DNA of 64,000 nt, from assembly GCA_016186695.1 (NCBI GenBank), contig JACPLC010000007.1, positions 11,928 through 75,927 on the forward strand, in the 5' to 3' direction. This document shows, piece after piece, positions 59,859 to 64,000 of this stretch; positions within the stretch are counted from its first letter, which is position 1; every line of letters begins with the position of its first letter. Made by a program: the position numbers and the translations under genes. Source of the DNA: Candidatus Kaiserbacteria bacterium. GTDB taxonomy: Bacteria > Patescibacteriota > Minisyncoccia > Phycocordibacterales > UBA2100. Under the pieces are notes generated by a model, which was not told the DNA's origin, did no database searches, and saw only the letters and a list, made by a program, of their open reading frames with translations.

Positions 59859-59921
59859 AGCGTTGGATAGGAAGTAAGAAGCACGAAGCACGAAGTATGG
59901 TTAAATCATAATTCATACTTC

Positions 59922-60827
59922 CTACTTCATACTTCGAGTCTCTTCGAGTTCCTTAAGAAACATTTCTTTTTGTTTGTCCGCCGGAATCTTGTCGGTCGGG
60001 CCCTTGCCGGGCGGGTTGCCGTGCCAGCGGTAATCGTTTTCGATCGAGGGCACGCCCTTGCCCGGCGTCGTATGCGCGAGGATCAAGGTCGGTTTTTCTT
60101 TGATGGACTTCGCTTCATCGCACGCAGCAACGAACTGCCCGATGTTGTGGCCGTCGATCGGGATAACGTGCCAGCCGAACGCGCGGTACTTTTCATCAAG
60201 AGGCTCAAGCGGCATCACATCTTCCGTATTGCCGTCTATCTGAATGTTGTTGCGATCCATCACCGCGGTGAGATTCGTGAGCCGGTACTTTCCTGCGAAC
60301 ATTGCCCCCTCCCATGTGTTTCCCTCCTCCTGCTCGCCATCCGACATCAGGCAGAAGATGCGAAATGCTTTCCCATCCCCGCCCGAACGACCGGAGTCGT
60401 CCGGTCGGGCAGGCATGCGCGCGGCAAGCGCGTAACCCGAAGCCTGTGAAAGGCCGCTGCCGAGAGGACCCGATGTTGTCTCAACGCCGGGGAGCATGTC
60501 GCGCTCGGGATGTCCCTGCAGACGCGAGCCGAATTTGCGCAAGGTCATGCACTCCTCTACGGGAAAATATCCTGCGTGGGCCATTGCGGCATAGCGCACC
60601 GGACAAATGTGACCATTGGAGAGAAAAAGCCGATCGCGTTCCTCCCAATCAGGATTTTTCGGATCGTGCTTCAGGATATGAAAATAGAGCGCGGTAAAAA
60701 TATCAGCCATGCCCAAGGGGCCGGCCGTGTGCCCCGATTTAGCTTCCGTAAGCATTTCAATGACCGTTCGACGAATGAGGTATGCTTTCTCTTCGATTTT
60801 CTCTATTTCTTCATCGGTTATGGACAT
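59922..60827 (-). CDS. Transketolase N-terminal (TPP-binding) subunit
   Basis: SGH, DRLFLSNGH, LQGHP, SDGE..EG..WE, DRN. Confidence 0.95.
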   Translation of the reverse strand: MSITDEEIEKIEEKAYLIRRTVIEMLTEAKSGHTAGPLGMADIFTALYFHILKHDPKNPDWEERDRLFLSNGHICPVRYAAMAHAGYFPVEECMTLRKFGSRLQGHPERDMLPGVETTSGPLGSGLSQASGYALAARMPARPDDSGRSGGDGKAFRIFCLMSDGEQEEGNTWEGAMFAGKYRLTNLTAVMDRNNIQIDGNTEDVMPLEPLDEKYRAFGWHVIPIDGHNIGQFVAACDEAKSIKEKPTLILAHTTPGKGVPSIENDYRWHGNPPGKGPTDKIPADKQKEMFLKELEETRSMK

Positions 60828-60829
60828 AC

Positions 60830-61264
60830 TCAAGCAGCAATATTGATGAGGTTAAGACCTGTCTCGTCGTCAGAAAGACGAATCAAAGGTTGCGTCACTT
60901 CCCAGAGGCAGACCTCGAGCGTGAGAGCGACGGTAGCCGCACGGAGGTGCCCGCCAATGCACTCAAGAGATTCGTCACATCGCGAAAGGACCGCGTGGGC
61001 ATGCACGACGGGCTCTTCGCCTTCCATCTCGGAGATATTGCCATCCATGCTCGCCACTTCGAACGGACCTTCTTCGGAGCGAAACACGTATTCGCGGCTC
61101 GGCAGATCGTAGTAGCCGATCTCAACACTCTCAACGGCACCGATCGCCTGAAATTGTCCCCAGTGCACACCGTTTTGCTCGCAGAATCGCGACAACGTCG
61201 GGATGAAATCCTCGCCGCGTGCGAACACAAGAAAAAAACCGTTGTGTATTTGCACCGCCTGCAT
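60830..61264 (-). CDS. PPC/DUF296 domain protein
   Basis: AIGAV, FEVASMDGNI, HAH, GGHL. Confidence 0.9.
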   Translation of the reverse strand: MQAVQIHNGFFLVFARGEDFIPTLSRFCEQNGVHWGQFQAIGAVESVEIGYYDLPSREYVFRSEEGPFEVASMDGNISEMEGEEPVVHAHAVLSRCDESLECIGGHLRAATVALTLEVCLWEVTQPLIRLSDDETGLNLINIAA

Positions 61265-61287
61265 CTGGACAGTATACCGTATGTGGT

Positions 61288-61396
61288 GGGCGCGAAGGTT
61301 GTGCTGTTGAGGAATCTTCGCAGCGCGAGGAGCGCGAGGATTGAGGTTTTTTCAGCAGAAAAAACCGGGTTCCGAGGCAGTACAACCTTCGCGCCC
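61288..61396. mobile_element. MITE-like element with 19-bp TIR
   Basis: gggcgcgaaggttgtgctg / cagtacaaccttcgcgccc (18/19). Confidence 0.65.
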
Positions 61397-62509
61397 TCAC
61401 TTCACCAACAGCTTGTACGCCCTACGGACAATCCGCTCCGGCACAGGGTGCGCATATTGGCCTCCTTTTGTATAGACAGAACCGAGGCGGCGGAGCAGTA
61501 CGTAGTGCGCAACACCGCTGCGCACTTTCTTGTCACCCTTGACTGCCCTGAGGATCCGCGCCACTGGATATTTTTTGAGGCCGGAAGCCGTGATGCCAAA
61601 GCGCCGAAGGTACGCCGCGACCGTCGCAGACTCACGGGGAGAAAGAATTCCCAAGAGCTCGGAAATTTTTGACTCGACGAGTATACCGTATGCAACCGCG
61701 AATCCGTGCGGAAGCGTGTAGCCAGAGAGAAATTCGACCGCGTGGCCTATCGTGTGACCAAAATTGAGGATCTTGCGCTCGTTTTTTTCCTCCTCGTCTT
61801 TCATGACGACCCGCGCCTTTATGCGCACGGAGCGGTAGACTATTTCCTGCAATACGCGGGGATTTCCCAGCGGATGTGCGGGGTCGAGCTTCTCGACGAG
61901 TGAAAGCGAGCGCTCCTCACTCGTCATGAATTTCTTTACCGCCTCGATGAGACCGTTCACTACCTGCTGTTTAGATAAACTTGAGATGAACGCGAGGTCT
62001 GCAACAACGGCGCGCGGCTGATAGAAAGCGCCAATCATATTTTTACCGTATTTCGTGTCGATGCCGACTTTCCCTCCGACCGAACTGTCCACCATCGCAA
62101 GAAGTGTTGTCGGGACCTGAATGTACGGAACCCCGCGCAGGTACGTGGCTGCGACATATCCGGCGACATCTCCGACAACGCCTCCTCCGAGGGCAACCAC
62201 GAGCGTGTCGCGGTCGAATTTTTTCCTCAGAAGCTTCTCTTGCACGCGGGCAACCGTGTTCTGGTTCTTGCTTTTCTCTCCGGATTGAAAATGTATCACC
62301 TCGACTGACCAGCCTTCCTTTTTGAGAAACCTTCCCAATCGGTCTGCAAAAAGTCTTCGCGTCGTCGTATCGGCGATAATCGCAATACGCCGCTTTCCCT
62401 GCCGACGCAAGGCTTTCACCAGCTCCTTCTCAAGATGCATGCCGACGACAATCGGGTACGAGGAATTCTTGACCCGCACCGAAAGCCGCCTCGGAGAAAT
62501 CCTAGCCAT
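61397..62509 (-). CDS. aroB: 3-dehydroquinate synthase
   Basis: GGGVVGD, PTTLLAMVDSSVGGK, LNFGHTIGHA, DKK. Confidence 0.96.
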   Translation of the reverse strand: MARISPRRLSVRVKNSSYPIVVGMHLEKELVKALRRQGKRRIAIIADTTTRRLFADRLGRFLKKEGWSVEVIHFQSGEKSKNQNTVARVQEKLLRKKFDRDTLVVALGGGVVGDVAGYVAATYLRGVPYIQVPTTLLAMVDSSVGGKVGIDTKYGKNMIGAFYQPRAVVADLAFISSLSKQQVVNGLIEAVKKFMTSEERSLSLVEKLDPAHPLGNPRVLQEIVYRSVRIKARVVMKDEEEKNERKILNFGHTIGHAVEFLSGYTLPHGFAVAYGILVESKISELLGILSPRESATVAAYLRRFGITASGLKKYPVARILRAVKGDKKVRSGVAHYVLLRRLGSVYTKGGQYAHPVPERIVRRAYKLLVK

Positions 62510-62515
62510 ACCCGG

Positions 62516-62620
62516 TTAGTAGAATGTGCCTTTGCGGCAGGCCTGCATGCATGGCTGCCGCGGCGTGAGCGACCAAGTCTCGCCTTGTGCACTTTGGATG
62601 CGTTCGTTGTTTGTTTTCAT
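62516..62620 (-). CDS. Possible 34-aa peptide between DAHP synthase and aroB
   Basis: MKTNNERIQSAQGETWSLTPRQPCMQACRKGTFY fills the intergenic gap. Confidence 0.35.
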   Translation of the reverse strand: MKTNNERIQSAQGETWSLTPRQPCMQACRKGTFY

Positions 62621-62648
62621 AGTTTTCGTAAGCCTAAGGCACATTTCA

Positions 62649-63698
62649 CTACCGGGCATAGCTCTTCGCCATCTCGCGGACTAATTTTTCTGTCGACTCC
62701 CAACCCATGCACGGATCCGTGACCGAAAGCCCATCACGATCTATTGTTTTCGGCGTACAGCCCTCCACTTTCTGACTCCCCTCCTTGAGAAAACTCTCCA
62801 CCATAAAACCTTTCACCAGTTTCCGGATATCAGGATTGACCTTCATCAAGGCGAGCACTTCTTTGACGACCATCGCCTGCTGGCTGGGGCTTTTTACTCC
62901 TTTCAATTTGCTGTTGTCGTGGCTCGCATCAATGATGACGGCAGGGTTCTGGATTCGGTGCTTCGCAAAAAGTTTTGCGGCCTCCTCAATATGCTCCACG
63001 CCATAGTTGGGCCCAAGGAGACCGCCGCGAAGCACGAGATGCGCGTAGGGATTTCCCTTCGTCTCCACCTGATACCCGTTCCACACCGCGTGATGCCGAT
63101 GCTGTGCCGCGACGATACCATTTACGGCAACTTCGACCGAGCCGGTCGTGCCGTTTTTCATGCCGACCGCGCAATACGAGCCGGAGGCGAAAATCCTGTG
63201 CTCCTGATCTTCCACACTTCTCGCGCCGATCGCCATCCACGAGAGAAGCTCGGCAAATCCTTTCGCGTTGTGTGTGAAGACCGCTTCATCGGCTATCGGC
63301 ATCCCAAGCTCAACAATGTTCACCATCATCTCGCGACAGTAGGCGGCGCCTTTCGAAATATCCGGACGTGCGAACGGATCCGGCTGGTTCACCGGCCCAA
63401 GCCAGCCCCTGATCGTGCGCGGCTTCTGGATGTAGACGCGCATCACAATCTTTATTTTTTTGCTCACGGAATCGGAAAGTTTTTTCAAACGCTTCGCATA
63501 TACAAGCGCCGCCTCCGAAGGCCACGCCGAACACGGGCCGACGATAAGGAGAAGTCGCTTGTCGCGACCGGCAATGATGTCATGCACCTCTTTGCGGTCT
63601 TTCGCAATGTGCGCTTCCGCCTTTTTCGAGAGTGGATGCGCCTCGATGATGCTCTCCATTGCGGGGAGCTTCTTCACGACGGTGAAGTTCAAATCCAT
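62649..63698 (-). CDS. DAHP synthase class I-alpha (AroF/G/H type)
   Basis: VGPCS, KPRT, IGARS, HLVLRGG, DASHDNS, TDPC. Confidence 0.95.
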   Translation of the reverse strand: MDLNFTVVKKLPAMESIIEAHPLSKKAEAHIAKDRKEVHDIIAGRDKRLLLIVGPCSAWPSEAALVYAKRLKKLSDSVSKKIKIVMRVYIQKPRTIRGWLGPVNQPDPFARPDISKGAAYCREMMVNIVELGMPIADEAVFTHNAKGFAELLSWMAIGARSVEDQEHRIFASGSYCAVGMKNGTTGSVEVAVNGIVAAQHRHHAVWNGYQVETKGNPYAHLVLRGGLLGPNYGVEHIEEAAKLFAKHRIQNPAVIIDASHDNSKLKGVKSPSQQAMVVKEVLALMKVNPDIRKLVKGFMVESFLKEGSQKVEGCTPKTIDRDGLSVTDPCMGWESTEKLVREMAKSYAR

Positions 63699-63729
63699 GA
63701 GGGAACACTACGCAAAAAACCCCCGAAAA

Positions 63730-64000
63730 TCAAGAAAGTTTGGCGTCCCGCTCGTGCACCTTCGCTTCGAGAAGTTCTCGATATTGACCGTTTTCTATCC
63801 GCGTACCGAGCCAGAGACGCTCCTGCTCGATACCCTGCGCGAGAAATAAGGTGAGGCCCGATATCGTGCGAGCACCGCGTCGCGCCGCGGAAGCGAGAAG
63901 TTTTGTCTCGAGCGGCGAGTAGACGAGATCGAACACACTCGAGCCTTTACGAATAAGTTCTTCGGGAAAAGGCGTCGCATCGGTATTCGGCTTCATGCCA
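63730..64000 (-). CDS. aroE: Shikimate dehydrogenase, C-terminal part (truncated by window edge)
   Basis: GM.P, VFDLVYSPLET.LL, G..LFLAQG..Q..LW. Confidence 0.88.
   Translation of the reverse strand, partial: GMKPNTDATPFPEELIRKGSSVFDLVYSPLETKLLASAARRGARTISGLTLFLAQGIEQERLWLGTRIENGQYRELLEAKVHERDAKLS

Overview
Genomic window of a Patescibacteria/CPR bacterium (Parcubacteria, Kaiserbacteria-like; inferred from gene content and reduced proteins), standard code 11. It is mostly housekeeping: valS, rpoD-dnaG, uppS, rpoBC, trmD-khpA-rpsP, a short hinge-less SMC, rnc, a nusB-NUDIX fusion, rpmF, rnhB, dnaE, T-box-thrS, gyrB, pheST, tRNA-Thr, tsf-rpsB, prfA, rpmE and rplY. It also holds a cell-surface region (sortase, IPYTG-type substrate, repeat proteins, L,D-transpeptidase, protease) and a transketolase/shikimate cluster (tkt, aroB, DAHP synthase, aroE). 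Most striking: all three stand-alone HTH regulator genes (one ArsR, two PaaX/Cas2-like) are bracketed by their own gene-specific imperfect direct repeat with a palindromic core, one copy at the start and one at the stop. Other notable items: several REP/MITE-like palindrome families inserted in-frame in essential proteins, heptamer tandem repeats, pervasive leaderless promoters, a tRNA CCA end overlapping a start codon, an in-frame TGA in transketolase and a candidate structured RNA. All alignments and identity counts were done by eye; no databases were searched.
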